A stretch of 64,000 bases of DNA from a bacterium (GTDB taxonomy: Bacteria > Electryoneota > Electryoneia > Electryoneales > Electryoneaceae), in assembly GCA_963669175.1 (NCBI GenBank), contig OY769902.1, positions 4,480,001 to 4,544,000 on the forward strand. Direction: 5' to 3'. Each line of letters opens with the position of its first letter. Position 1 is the first letter of the stretch. Below, piece after piece: positions 49,581-59,170 of the stretch. The translations under genes were made by a program, and so were the position numbers. The notes under the pieces are model-generated. The model was given only the letters and a program-made list of their open reading frames with translations, was not told the origin of the DNA and did no database searches.

Positions 49581-49892
49581 TTACTCGTACAGTTCACAGT
49601 ACCAGACTCCTCCGGTCTTTTGCGCGTGTACACAAGTCGCAGCATGCAAACAGTTAATGCATAGTCCCATGAGATGATCATGGTATTCGACTTTGGGACG
49701 TTTTTCGGGGGGGCGTGGGAAAGGTTTGGAAGGTGGATTTTGGTAATCATCAAATTCTTCGCAGAACCAAATCGCTGTTCCGCTCATGATCCTGAAGGCA
49801 CAGCCCTCGAAATGAATGCATGTTGCGCAGATACCATAGCTTCTCTCGGTTTCTACTTGCTCGATTGCTTCCATGATGCCCTCCAATGTCAC
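49581..49892 (-). CDS. Small Cys-rich protein with duplicated G.C..C.H...C...W.CE motif
   Basis: GICATCIHFEGC...WFCEEF and GLCINCLHAATC...WYCELYE; start uncertain. Confidence 0.7.
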   Translation of the reverse strand: MTLEGIMEAIEQVETERSYGICATCIHFEGCAFRIMSGTAIWFCEEFDDYQNPPSKPFPRPPEKRPKVEYHDHLMGLCINCLHAATCVHAQKTGGVWYCELYE

Positions 49893-50039
49893 TTATAGAA
49901 CTGTAGAACGTTTCTACAGTCCCTGTACCATCTCAGCACCCTCGAACAAGAAGACATTTGAAGAGTGATCCATGGGCAAAGATCTTTCAAATCTCAAGTC
50001 CTGCTCGGGGTGCTTGAGCGGTACCTAAGTGCTAATTGG

Positions 50040-50054
50040 GCAAAGGATGTGCCA
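50040..50054 (-). promoter_or_regulatory. Sigma54 (-24/-12) promoter
   Basis: Minus strand TGGCAC-ATCCT-TTGC; twin GGGG-N7-CCCC boxes at ~50181-50213 are candidate enhancer sites. Confidence 0.85.
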
Positions 50055-50280
50055 TTTAAAGGCGAATAGTTGTCATTCGTATTTCAAGACTGCCATAAGC
50101 TTTACGTGCAGTAACTCAGGAAGATACGAGTCCTTCTTCTGCACAGTATTGCAGGATAAAAGAAATCTGACCTGAAAAATGGGGCGTTTTACCCCGCCGG
50201 GGAATATCACCCCGTCATTCGAAATGAAATCTGGTACATCTGAGGTCAGAGAAAAGAAGGTTAACTGGCTGGAATCGAAA

Positions 50281-51642
50281 TCAATCGTTATTCTGGTTTC
50301 TTTTTATTTTCTCCCGCAGGGTCTTTCTGTCTATTCCAAGAATTTGTGCCGCTTTGGACTTATTGCCCTGGACTCCTTCAAGGACGCGCCTTATGTGTTC
50401 GGTTTCCAGTTCTGCAAGAGAACACCATTCACTCGCATTCACACAAGGGGAAAATCTCATCAATGAGGGAAGATCCGAACTCTCTATGCGATCAGAATCC
50501 GTCATTACAATTAGTCTTGTTATAATATTCTCGAGTTCTCGGACATTCCCTGGCCAGGAATAACTCTTTAATGCCTGTAAGGCATTATCTGAAAACACAG
50601 GTGCAGGTTTTTCCATCTCCCGAGAAGATTTCTGAGCGAAATGCTTAATTAGCAATAGAATATCATCTCCCCTGTCACGAAGTGCCGGGACTGAAATCGT
50701 TAGTACATTTAACCTGAAAAACAGGTCTTCCCTGAATTTTCCCGATTTTACAAGCGCCTGAAGGTCTCTATTGGTAGCTGCAATAATTTTGATGTCGACT
50801 TTAATACTCCGATTGGATCCAATCATTCTTACTTCTTTGTCTTGCAGGACTCTCAAGAGTTTAACCTGCAAGTGCATACTGAGTTCACTGATTTCGTCAA
50901 GAAAAATCGTCCCGCCATCTGCAGTTTGAAAAAAACCTGCACGCGACCCGGTAGCCCCTGTGAAAGACCCCTTTACATGCCCAAAAAGTTCACTCTCGAG
51001 TAGACCATCAGGAATACCGCCACAATTCACCGGGACAAATGCTTTGGATGCACGTGCGCTGTGATAGTGTATTGCACGCGCAACGAGTTCTTTGCCAGTG
51101 CCACTTTCGCCGGTTACCAGTACAGTCGCAATACTTCCCGCCGATTTTCTTATTGGTTTATAAACATCCTGCATCGCTCTAGATTCACCAATAATTCCGA
51201 ACTGTTCGTTTCTTGAACCGGTATCGGTATCATGATTAACAATTTTACTATGTCTAAGCTTTTGAAGCGCCTTCTCTACAGAAAGAATAAGCTCTTCATC
51301 AGTAAATGGTTTAGCAAGGTATCCTTCAGCGCCGTTCTTTATTGCTTCAACTGCTCCATTTATTGTCGCATATCCTGTTACCATTATAATCCCTGTATTC
51401 CTGCAATTATCACGCACATGTCTAACGAGCTCAAAACCGCTGGTCCCGGGCATTCTATAATCGGTAATAACAAGATCGATTACCTTTGTGTCCAGAATTT
51501 CCAGGGCATCAGAAACGCAAAAAGCAGAGCTGACAGGATACCCTTCTGCGGACAAATTTCGCTGAATTATTTCAATCGTATCCTGTGAATCATCAACAAC
51601 AAGTATGTTTTCCTTTTTACTTGCTTTATCCATCTTGATCAT
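50281..51642 (-). CDS. NtrC/AtoC-type sigma54 response regulator
   Basis: Receiver VVDD..ITDYRMP, GESGTGKE, GSFTGA, Fis HTH. Confidence 0.93.
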   Translation of the reverse strand: MIKMDKASKKENILVVDDSQDTIEIIQRNLSAEGYPVSSAFCVSDALEILDTKVIDLVITDYRMPGTSGFELVRHVRDNCRNTGIIMVTGYATINGAVEAIKNGAEGYLAKPFTDEELILSVEKALQKLRHSKIVNHDTDTGSRNEQFGIIGESRAMQDVYKPIRKSAGSIATVLVTGESGTGKELVARAIHYHSARASKAFVPVNCGGIPDGLLESELFGHVKGSFTGATGSRAGFFQTADGGTIFLDEISELSMHLQVKLLRVLQDKEVRMIGSNRSIKVDIKIIAATNRDLQALVKSGKFREDLFFRLNVLTISVPALRDRGDDILLLIKHFAQKSSREMEKPAPVFSDNALQALKSYSWPGNVRELENIITRLIVMTDSDRIESSDLPSLMRFSPCVNASEWCSLAELETEHIRRVLEGVQGNKSKAAQILGIDRKTLREKIKRNQNND

Positions 51643-53335
51643 CCTCAGTTAACACTGGCATTTCAGTAAGCGGAAAATGAACTTCGAAACTGGTACCCTG
51701 GCCGATTCCACTGGTCACATGGATTTTTCCGTTATGTGCAATCACAATTCCATGAACAACTGATAATCCCAACCCTGTTCCTTTGCCAACATCTTTCGTT
51801 GTATAAAATGGATTGAAAATCCTGTCCCTGCTACTCTTGGTCATTCCTATACCGGAATCAATAACTTTCAGGACCAGATCGCCTTCAGACTCGTATGTTC
51901 GAATCGCCAGTTGTCCCCCATCCGGCATCGCCTGAATCCCATTAACGACAAGGTTGACAAGCAATTGCTTTATTTGAACAGCATCTGCATACAACCCAGG
52001 CATGCCGTCATCAAGATTCATTACAAGCTCTACATCAGAGTCATGACAACGGTTTTCCAACAATAGAATACCGTCAAGAATGACCTCATTGAGGTTGATT
52101 ATACGTTTCTCGACAGGTAATTGGCGTGCAAAAATGAGGAGCTTGCGCACAATTTCTTTAGCATGAATTGCGGAACTGATGATCCTATCTAAATCATGTT
52201 TTGTTTCCAGGCCCAGATCTGGCGCTTTTATTGCCAGTTGTGCAAAACCCAGAATGCCGCCAAGAGGTTCGTTGATTTCGTGCGCCACGCCAGCCGCTAG
52301 ATTTCCTACTGTTGAGAGCCGGTCTGCGTGTAAAAGCTGCTCTTGCAGGACGAGTCTTTCATTTTCTGTCTCATCACGATTAACAATCAACGCGATTTGT
52401 CTGGCTACTTCATGGATCAACTCAACTTCTTCATTCAGGAAAGCGTTTTCAGAAAACTCCGGCATGCCCTTTAAATAGGCGACTTCCACTGAACCGCGTT
52501 TTTGTCCATTGATTATAATTCGCACAGTTTGTTGGAATTTTCCCTTTCTATACCGCGAAGACATAAACGTTTTTTCATCAAGATCTATACGTGCAACGGC
52601 TATCTCGGGAAATTGCCAGGATTCAGGCAAGATATTTACAATACGTTGAAGTCTCTCTACGATGGGCTTCTCAACTTCTTCAGCAATCTTGGCAATGCCG
52701 TATAAACACGTCAGTTCTTTTACGCGCTCCCTGAGTGCCGATTGGACACGTCTGTCTGCTATGGCCAGCCCAATCGTCTGCGCAAGATCTTCAGCGAAAT
52801 CCACTTCCTGTTCCGAATTATCGATATTATTCTTCAGTACAAGTATGCCTTCATTCTGAGGATCAATGTCAAAGAAAATGACTACATACGAGCTAAATTT
52901 GAGTTCTCCTGATGAGAGGCTTTTCAAGGAATCAAGACTCTGCAGGTGATGTAAAAGAAATCCTTTCGTGTTATTTATCCAGTAACTACCTCGACTGGTT
53001 TTTAAGGCCAATGCCGCATTTTTATCTTTATGAATGATTTCAAGTATAGCTCCCGAAATTGCATCTCCTGAAAAAGTATTGATACTATTAGGCTTTCTTG
53101 TGCATCCCTTTAAAGAACTGCTGCTGATACCATCTCGATTGACCTCCCATATGTAAGCTTTCTCGTTATCTTCAAAACGCAGTTCGATAGCATCGCAGCT
53201 TATAGAGTTAAATAGTATTGCGGAAAGTTCTTGTAGAAACGCGATTCTGGAAACGCCTGAATTTCCAAATCGAAGAATTTGCACTGATAGTTCATGCAGT
53301 TTTTTATCTGTCTTTTGGCTATCAGTCTCAATCAC
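51626..53335 (-). CDS. Sensor histidine kinase
   Basis: AHEINEP, NLVVNGIQA, DSGIG, FYTTK..GTGLGL. Confidence 0.93.
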   Translation of the reverse strand: MIETDSQKTDKKLHELSVQILRFGNSGVSRIAFLQELSAILFNSISCDAIELRFEDNEKAYIWEVNRDGISSSSLKGCTRKPNSINTFSGDAISGAILEIIHKDKNAALALKTSRGSYWINNTKGFLLHHLQSLDSLKSLSSGELKFSSYVVIFFDIDPQNEGILVLKNNIDNSEQEVDFAEDLAQTIGLAIADRRVQSALRERVKELTCLYGIAKIAEEVEKPIVERLQRIVNILPESWQFPEIAVARIDLDEKTFMSSRYRKGKFQQTVRIIINGQKRGSVEVAYLKGMPEFSENAFLNEEVELIHEVARQIALIVNRDETENERLVLQEQLLHADRLSTVGNLAAGVAHEINEPLGGILGFAQLAIKAPDLGLETKHDLDRIISSAIHAKEIVRKLLIFARQLPVEKRIINLNEVILDGILLLENRCHDSDVELVMNLDDGMPGLYADAVQIKQLLVNLVVNGIQAMPDGGQLAIRTYESEGDLVLKVIDSGIGMTKSSRDRIFNPFYTTKDVGKGTGLGLSVVHGIVIAHNGKIHVTSGIGQGTSFEVHFPLTEMPVLTEDDQDG

Positions 53336-53794
53336 GTTCCAATTCCTTTTCCTTCAGAATAGCAATCAGTCCCCTCTTTCCGAATATGTACAAAGAGAAC
53401 CTGAAAATTGGACAGTAATTCGGTTGAATATTTACCTTTCTCGGTTTTTAGTCCGCCATCTTTCATGGCCGCGCGAAATAGCTATCCTGGGTGTCAACGT
53501 CATCTCCTCGAAAAAGAGATCTGTATTATTAGTCCTCGGCAGAATAGGAAAACAGTTCATGAAAGAATGACGGTTTTATGATGGTAATAATAATTGCGTA
53601 CTGATTCTTCTCCGTTGTCTGATCGTTTTCCCGGAATAGAGCTTATCCGATACCTGGCCGTTGAGCGTTTATTATTGGCAAGTTGAGTTGCAACAGTTAA
53701 AGTACTTTCACAATTCATGTTCCGCAACTCAGTAATAATTCTTATGTTTTCAAGTTCACCTCCTTGCACTTTATTTTCTGTCACATTAATTGAC

Positions 53795-53871
53795 TGGAGT
53801 TCCCCCGAAAAAGTGGACATGTAGTTAAGGATTGTTGAACTGCTTTTCGAACTCGTATGGGGTCAGGTACT
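53795..53871 (-). pseudogene. IS3-family OrfB C-terminal remnant and right end
   Basis: Minus strand YLTPYEFEKQFNNP* then TGTCCACTTTTTCGGGGGAACTCCA; cut at the MITE end. Confidence 0.78.
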
Positions 53872-54085
53872 CGTGCCTCGTTAAAATTCCATCCGCTTTA
53901 CCGGCACTGAGTTTTGCGATTCCGGAAGGTATACGTAACGCCCAGATAATTCAACCTTTTACGCAACTGGCCCATATTTTTCCTAATTCCCACAGTGATT
54001 TCTTCATCCGACTCGACTAGAATTTGCTTGCCTTTTGAAGTTTCCACCTGGGGTTCCCGCACGGATTGCATTTTGACGAGGGACA
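53872..54085. mobile_element. 214-bp TGT..ACA MITE, copy B
   Basis: CGTGCCTCGTTAAAATTCCATCCG ... CGGATTGCATTTTGACGAGGGACA. Confidence 0.78.
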
Positions 54086-54130
54086 AGTGATTTTACATCA
54101 GAGTATCAAACGGGTTTGATCGTTTTGCTG

Positions 54131-54404
54131 TTAACCAACGGGTATAGAAATTCTTAGAGTTTTTAGAGTCTGGCGTTTTAACTGGTTTTAGACTCTATTT
54201 TCTGTTAATCAGAAAGTGGCTTATAAAACCCGTAAAAATTGTTAAAATCGCGAACTTATGAGAATTGGAAGGGAAGTAAGGATTTGATAATTGAACGGTT
54301 GGAAACTGTGCAGCACCTCGCAAAAGGGGCAGTAAACTAAAAACCCAGAAAGATTATAAGCAACATTCTGGGGTAGGTGCTCCCCAGAAAATCGCTTATA
54401 AAAC
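54131..54404 (+). repeat. ~220-bp dispersed repeat copy B plus an inverted pair of CCCCAGAA..GCTTATAA motifs
   Basis: Match to 19862-20083; TTATAAGCAACATTCTGGGG-N8-CCCCAGAAAATCGCTTATAA. Confidence 0.8.
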
Positions 54405-54620
54405 TGACTCTATATTCAATAAAGTATTGTTATATATTACCATAGAACCGAGTTGTTTTAAACTTCAAATAAGTTAAATTACTACTATTTGCAAATCTTC
54501 CCACGAATTTCCAACCGACCATTTCGCGCCAGTTCACCGCCTGTTCTAATAAACGAGGGTTTTTGCCTGGTGTTTTCAACCGATTTTTTTTGACGAGGGA
54601 CACCTGTACGAAAAGCTCAT

Positions 54621-55772
54621 TTATGCACCGCCGATCGCTGCGTGCGGGAAGGTCGGTTTACGTTTCTGAAACGACAGAATGCCGGGCTTTTGGATTACGC
54701 CCTCGTCGATATTAATCGCTTGTCGAATAGTTTCGTTTTCCTGCCAGCGTTCACCTCCTGAGATCACATCAGGCAGATGGACCACGAGAGCCGCAGAGAC
54801 AGAACGAGAAGCGCTTTCCCACAGATAGCTTGGTGTATGATCCACTGCGTAGTAGTCTGCTTTTCCAATCTTGAACATTGGTTTTTCAAACGAGGTTGGT
54901 TTGGCATTGTAGAATCCCATATTTTCATCGCAACTGACATCAATGATGAGGCAACCTGGTATTAGATCGAATATCTCATCTTCAGAGATGAACAGCATAG
55001 GATGGTCAGGATCCTGGAATGTTCCGTTTACAATGATTTCTGATTGACTGATCAGATCATGCAAGGGTTCCTCGCTCCCGTCGTGCTCTGTCAGCACCAT
55101 TCGTGCTTCCCCGTCTCTGCCTTCACGAATACGTACATATTCACAATCAAGCACTTCTTCCCGTACTTCCTGGTCGGGACGGAAAATACAAATGGTGATA
55201 TCTCTGAACCCGCGCGCTTTGAGAGCGTATATGGCTCCACGACTTACCGCACCGAAACTGAAGATAACAGATTTACGCTGGTTTCCGTAGTGTCCATCGA
55301 TCCCTTTCAGTTGCAGGGCATGCAGTACTGCACAATAGCCGGCCATTTCATTGTTTTTATAAAATGTGTGGCGGCCCATCTCTCCATTGGAACTCCAGAC
55401 ATACATGTCCTCGAAGGCAATAAGTGTCTGCTTACGATCGATGGCGGCCTGGGTTATATCCCATTGTTGCACGCAGTGCGGCCATCCCCAGAGGATTCCA
55501 CCTTCGCGCAGCTCCTGCAAATCTGCTAATACCGGCTTGGGCAGGATCACCCGCCCGATGTCGGCCAACAGTTCATGACGTGTGGCAATACCGCCTGTCT
55601 GAGCAGCAATCTCCGCGTCTTCTATACCCAGTGGCCTCCCGTAGCCCTCCTCAAAAATCAGTTGCCGACGCACCTTTTCAGGAAGACGCCCCAAGTGATC
55701 TGGATGGATTGGAATTCGCCGCTCATCTTCTTTTCGTGACGTACCGATAACTCCAAATGTATCGTTGTTCAT
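54621..55772 (-). CDS. N5-(carboxyethyl)ornithine synthase-like enzyme (AlaDH/PNT family)
   Basis: E.RIPIHP, GWPHCVQ, NNEMAGYC, IDVSCD, YAVDHTPS. Confidence 0.82.
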   Translation of the reverse strand: MNNDTFGVIGTSRKEDERRIPIHPDHLGRLPEKVRRQLIFEEGYGRPLGIEDAEIAAQTGGIATRHELLADIGRVILPKPVLADLQELREGGILWGWPHCVQQWDITQAAIDRKQTLIAFEDMYVWSSNGEMGRHTFYKNNEMAGYCAVLHALQLKGIDGHYGNQRKSVIFSFGAVSRGAIYALKARGFRDITICIFRPDQEVREEVLDCEYVRIREGRDGEARMVLTEHDGSEEPLHDLISQSEIIVNGTFQDPDHPMLFISEDEIFDLIPGCLIIDVSCDENMGFYNAKPTSFEKPMFKIGKADYYAVDHTPSYLWESASRSVSAALVVHLPDVISGGERWQENETIRQAINIDEGVIQKPGILSFQKRKPTFPHAAIGGA

Positions 55773-55819
55773 GTCTTTTCCTTATCGTTGTGTTCACAGG
55801 TACTGCAGGCAGTAAAACA

Positions 55820-57250
55820 TTAATGATATTGAACAGAATCAACTATGTGCTGGTGCGATTGCACTCGTGATACAGGTTGCGGTCCGTTTGCCCTCGGGTT
55901 CTTGAAATTTTCATAGGCAATCGTATCTAACCGTAGGTTCCTTCTGAAAGACAGGTTTCCGATAAGTGAGATAAGCGGTTGACGCCGATGCCAAAAGCTA
56001 TCCCATACTCGCCCGAATACCCTCGGAATGGAATTGAAATAGTGGTTGCACTGGGTCATCTCGCTCATGACTTCTTCTTCAGAAAAGTGCTTGTACTTTG
56101 CCACTGGTAGGCTAAGAGTGTAATATTGCCAATCTTCAGGGTAGTTGTTTCTGGCGATTCGCCCATCATTGACCATCTGGTCCCAGAGACGAGTGCCAGG
56201 CAAAGGGGTTAAGAATAGTGCGTTAAGCATGTCCACCGAGTACTGTTGGGCAGTTTTCGCAATGAGTACACCAATTCCGGGTTTATCTACATCCAGGCCA
56301 ATGATAAAGGACCCGACAACCAGGATTTTATGTTTCTGGATTCGCTTCACGGAAGCTCTGAAATCCCTGTTCTTCTGCAGATTAAACCGTTTACCAATTT
56401 CTTTGAGTCCTTCAGGTGATGGCGTTTCAAATCCAATGAATACCCCCTTGCATCCAGCCTTCTCTGCCAGGGTCAGCAGTTCCTCGTCATCCGCAAAATT
56501 GATCGTAGCCTGCGATACCCACTCTTTCCCAAGGTTTGCGTCCGCGAGGGCTCGGAATAATTTTTTGGCCCGATTAATATGTTCCTTCCGTGTGCCAATC
56601 AGGTTGTCATCAACCACCAGGATTCGCTTTTCACGGATCTGGCTGAACTCCTGTACGACATCCTCGATCGGTCTGTGCCGATAGTGAGCGCCGTTGAAGG
56701 CAGTTACACTGCAGAAACTGCAGTTCAGAGGACAGCCGCGAGTTGTTTGAATCGCCCCGAATGCGTATGCAGGTGGCAGCAAGTCATGCCGTGCCGGAGG
56801 TTGGCTCATCAGATCATTGCTTTTGCCGTCGTACATCCTCATCAATCTGCCTTGATTCGCATCAGCTAATACTTCGCCCCAGACAGATTCGGCCTCACCG
56901 GTGACAACCGAATCAACATGCTCGAGAGCCTCATCTAAGCACATGGTCGCATGAATACCGCCCATGACCACGGGAATACCCTGTTGCATGAAAAGATCTG
57001 CGATCTCATAAGCCCTATTGGCTTGAGAGGTAAAGGCAGTAATACCGACCAGGTCCGGTGGAGGCAGAGTGGAATAGTCTGGAATGTTCAGGTTTTCGTC
57101 CACAATAGTGATTTCCCATTCGGCAGGGGTCAAACCAGCAAGAACCATAAGACTGAGGGGCTTCCACACCCGGTATTGGTTCCACCGGCTCTTCTTCGTA
57201 TTGACAATGCTGACAATGGGATTAGAGGGATTTATGAGGTACAATCGCAT
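55820..57250 (-). CDS. B12-binding-domain radical SAM protein
   Basis: GGIHAT; RGCPLNCSFC; TPLPGT. Confidence 0.9.
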   Translation of the reverse strand: MRLYLINPSNPIVSIVNTKKSRWNQYRVWKPLSLMVLAGLTPAEWEITIVDENLNIPDYSTLPPPDLVGITAFTSQANRAYEIADLFMQQGIPVVMGGIHATMCLDEALEHVDSVVTGEAESVWGEVLADANQGRLMRMYDGKSNDLMSQPPARHDLLPPAYAFGAIQTTRGCPLNCSFCSVTAFNGAHYRHRPIEDVVQEFSQIREKRILVVDDNLIGTRKEHINRAKKLFRALADANLGKEWVSQATINFADDEELLTLAEKAGCKGVFIGFETPSPEGLKEIGKRFNLQKNRDFRASVKRIQKHKILVVGSFIIGLDVDKPGIGVLIAKTAQQYSVDMLNALFLTPLPGTRLWDQMVNDGRIARNNYPEDWQYYTLSLPVAKYKHFSEEEVMSEMTQCNHYFNSIPRVFGRVWDSFWHRRQPLISLIGNLSFRRNLRLDTIAYENFKNPRANGPQPVSRVQSHQHIVDSVQYH

Positions 57251-57355
57251 CTTGAACGCCCTTTGTTAGGTTCACACTCTTGACTTTTTTTAAGCACATC
57301 CTTAAAGCACTAAACTGAAATATGAGGGAATCTGATATCCAGTTTTCGTATTCCA

Positions 57356-58243
57356 TTATCCAACAACCACCTGATTCTTGCCGTTTCGTTTTGCCTTGTA
57401 AAGTGCACGATCAGCGTTTTCGATGAACTCTTCTGTGGTAATTCTTTCTTTATAAGAGGAAATCCCCAAACTAATCGTTATGCAAAATTCACCGCATTTT
57501 ATTTTCATTGTTTCTTCTCTGATTCTTTCTGCAATTGCTAAAATTTCATTCGTATCATCTGCAAATGGAAGAATGGCCAGAAACTCCTCACCTCCAAAGC
57601 GACAGCAGATATCCGAATCTCTTACCTGGTTGAGGATTGTATTTGCAAGTTCTATTAAAACCCGATCCCCCTCCTGATGGCCAAACCTGTCATTTACCAA
57701 TTTAAAATCATCTATATCTATCATAAGTACACTTAAACCTTTACCATAACGGCGATGATTTCTGATCTCAATCGTCAGAATTTCATAGCAGCTTGTATGG
57801 TTATAAAGGCCAGTCATTCCATCCTTCATGGAAAGATTAGCCAACTCAGAGACATGTGCTTCGGAGATTAATGTCGGTGAAATAAATTTGGTTTTTATGT
57901 TCGATAGATAGTCCAGGGTAGCGACAGTGATGGTGACAGGTCTGCAAAGCTGATCTATCATCATCTTTTTATGCGCGAGTACCTTATTCCAAAGCTCTTC
58001 AGCAATATTTGGCGCGAAATAGTGGTGTGAAAGCGTATAGAACAAGTCGGAATAGAAGCTATCACCTCGTAGCTTTTTCTGCTTTGCAATCAGAGCTTTT
58101 TCCTTAATGGACATTTCACGGTCACCAGCATATGCAGAGACGATCTCAATACCGATCACATCTGACGAGAGAGTGCGACGAAGGCGATCGGCCTCACTTT
58201 CGTGCTTGGAATGATCCCCACCAGTATTATCGTTCCCAACCAT
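57356..58243 (-). CDS. Diguanylate cyclase
   Basis: D.MTGLYN, DIDDFK, RDSD I-site, GGEEF. Confidence 0.92.
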   Translation of the reverse strand: MVGNDNTGGDHSKHESEADRLRRTLSSDVIGIEIVSAYAGDREMSIKEKALIAKQKKLRGDSFYSDLFYTLSHHYFAPNIAEELWNKVLAHKKMMIDQLCRPVTITVATLDYLSNIKTKFISPTLISEAHVSELANLSMKDGMTGLYNHTSCYEILTIEIRNHRRYGKGLSVLMIDIDDFKLVNDRFGHQEGDRVLIELANTILNQVRDSDICCRFGGEEFLAILPFADDTNEILAIAERIREETMKIKCGEFCITISLGISSYKERITTEEFIENADRALYKAKRNGKNQVVVG

Positions 58244-58388
58244 AGGAATTTCTCCTTGAACTCCAGATTAGTGTGAAGAATAAGTTCATGAACATTCCAA
58301 AAACGCTGTTATTTTTTGGATTATCTGAATATCACTCTTTACCGATAGCAACCATACGCGCTTACCTCGAAGCAGCCTTTTAGAACAC

Positions 58389-58976
58389 TTAATTACCATG
58401 ATCTTCTTTGGAATTATCATCACTTACCGGCAGTGAGGCGGATTTTTTTCTAAATATGAACCAGATCCCAGTAACAATCGGTAGAATCGGCCACCATATG
58501 AGTACATCGTTCAGTCCCCCCCACTTTATCCAGCCATATTCCACGACAAGCATGAAAAAACCAGCCGCGAAAAGAATGATTCCTGGATTCCAGTTTCTCT
58601 GTCGCTCTCGCTTCAAGATCGGTAAAATCAATAATGAGACACTCAACGCAAGGATTACCAGCGGCCAGTTGCGTGAGACCCCACCACGGATCCAGTCGTT
58701 ACCATCCGCCAGGAAAATCAATCCCAGTAACACGAGAAATAATCCAGGGAGCAAACCGGAAGTGTTTCGACTTAGCCATGATCCTGCCAGGCTTGAGCCG
58801 CCAAGAACCATCAGGATCAAAGGCCAGGTGATCTCAATCAACCCAAACTGTTTGACTAGAAACAGGATCCCGAGAAGAACGAGTGCTAGACCAAAGGCGA
58901 TACGGCTTCTGTTCGGCCGTACCCGCGAAGCTGGTTTCGCATCGGTGATATGGATGGCATGTTGTTCGATTGGCAT
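58389..58976 (-). CDS. LiaF/DUF5668-like membrane protein
   Basis: Repeated G..L..LG..FL.......WP..LI units. Confidence 0.75.
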   Translation of the reverse strand: MPIEQHAIHITDAKPASRVRPNRSRIAFGLALVLLGILFLVKQFGLIEITWPLILMVLGGSSLAGSWLSRNTSGLLPGLFLVLLGLIFLADGNDWIRGGVSRNWPLVILALSVSLLILPILKRERQRNWNPGIILFAAGFFMLVVEYGWIKWGGLNDVLIWWPILPIVTGIWFIFRKKSASLPVSDDNSKEDHGN

Positions 58977-59170
58977 GGTACACCTCTTGTTAAAAAGTTA
59001 CTCCCGAGCACTTTGCTGCGGGAAATTGGTTCATGTGCACCATCGAGGTCGATCGTTCTGTGACCATTCGCAGTGCCATGGGTTACACTCAGTTTAGTCC
59101 ATCCCCAGTGCAAGCCAGGGTGCCAAAAGTGTTTGGCCGCCCAGACCGATTACCAGGAAAGAACGTCAAG

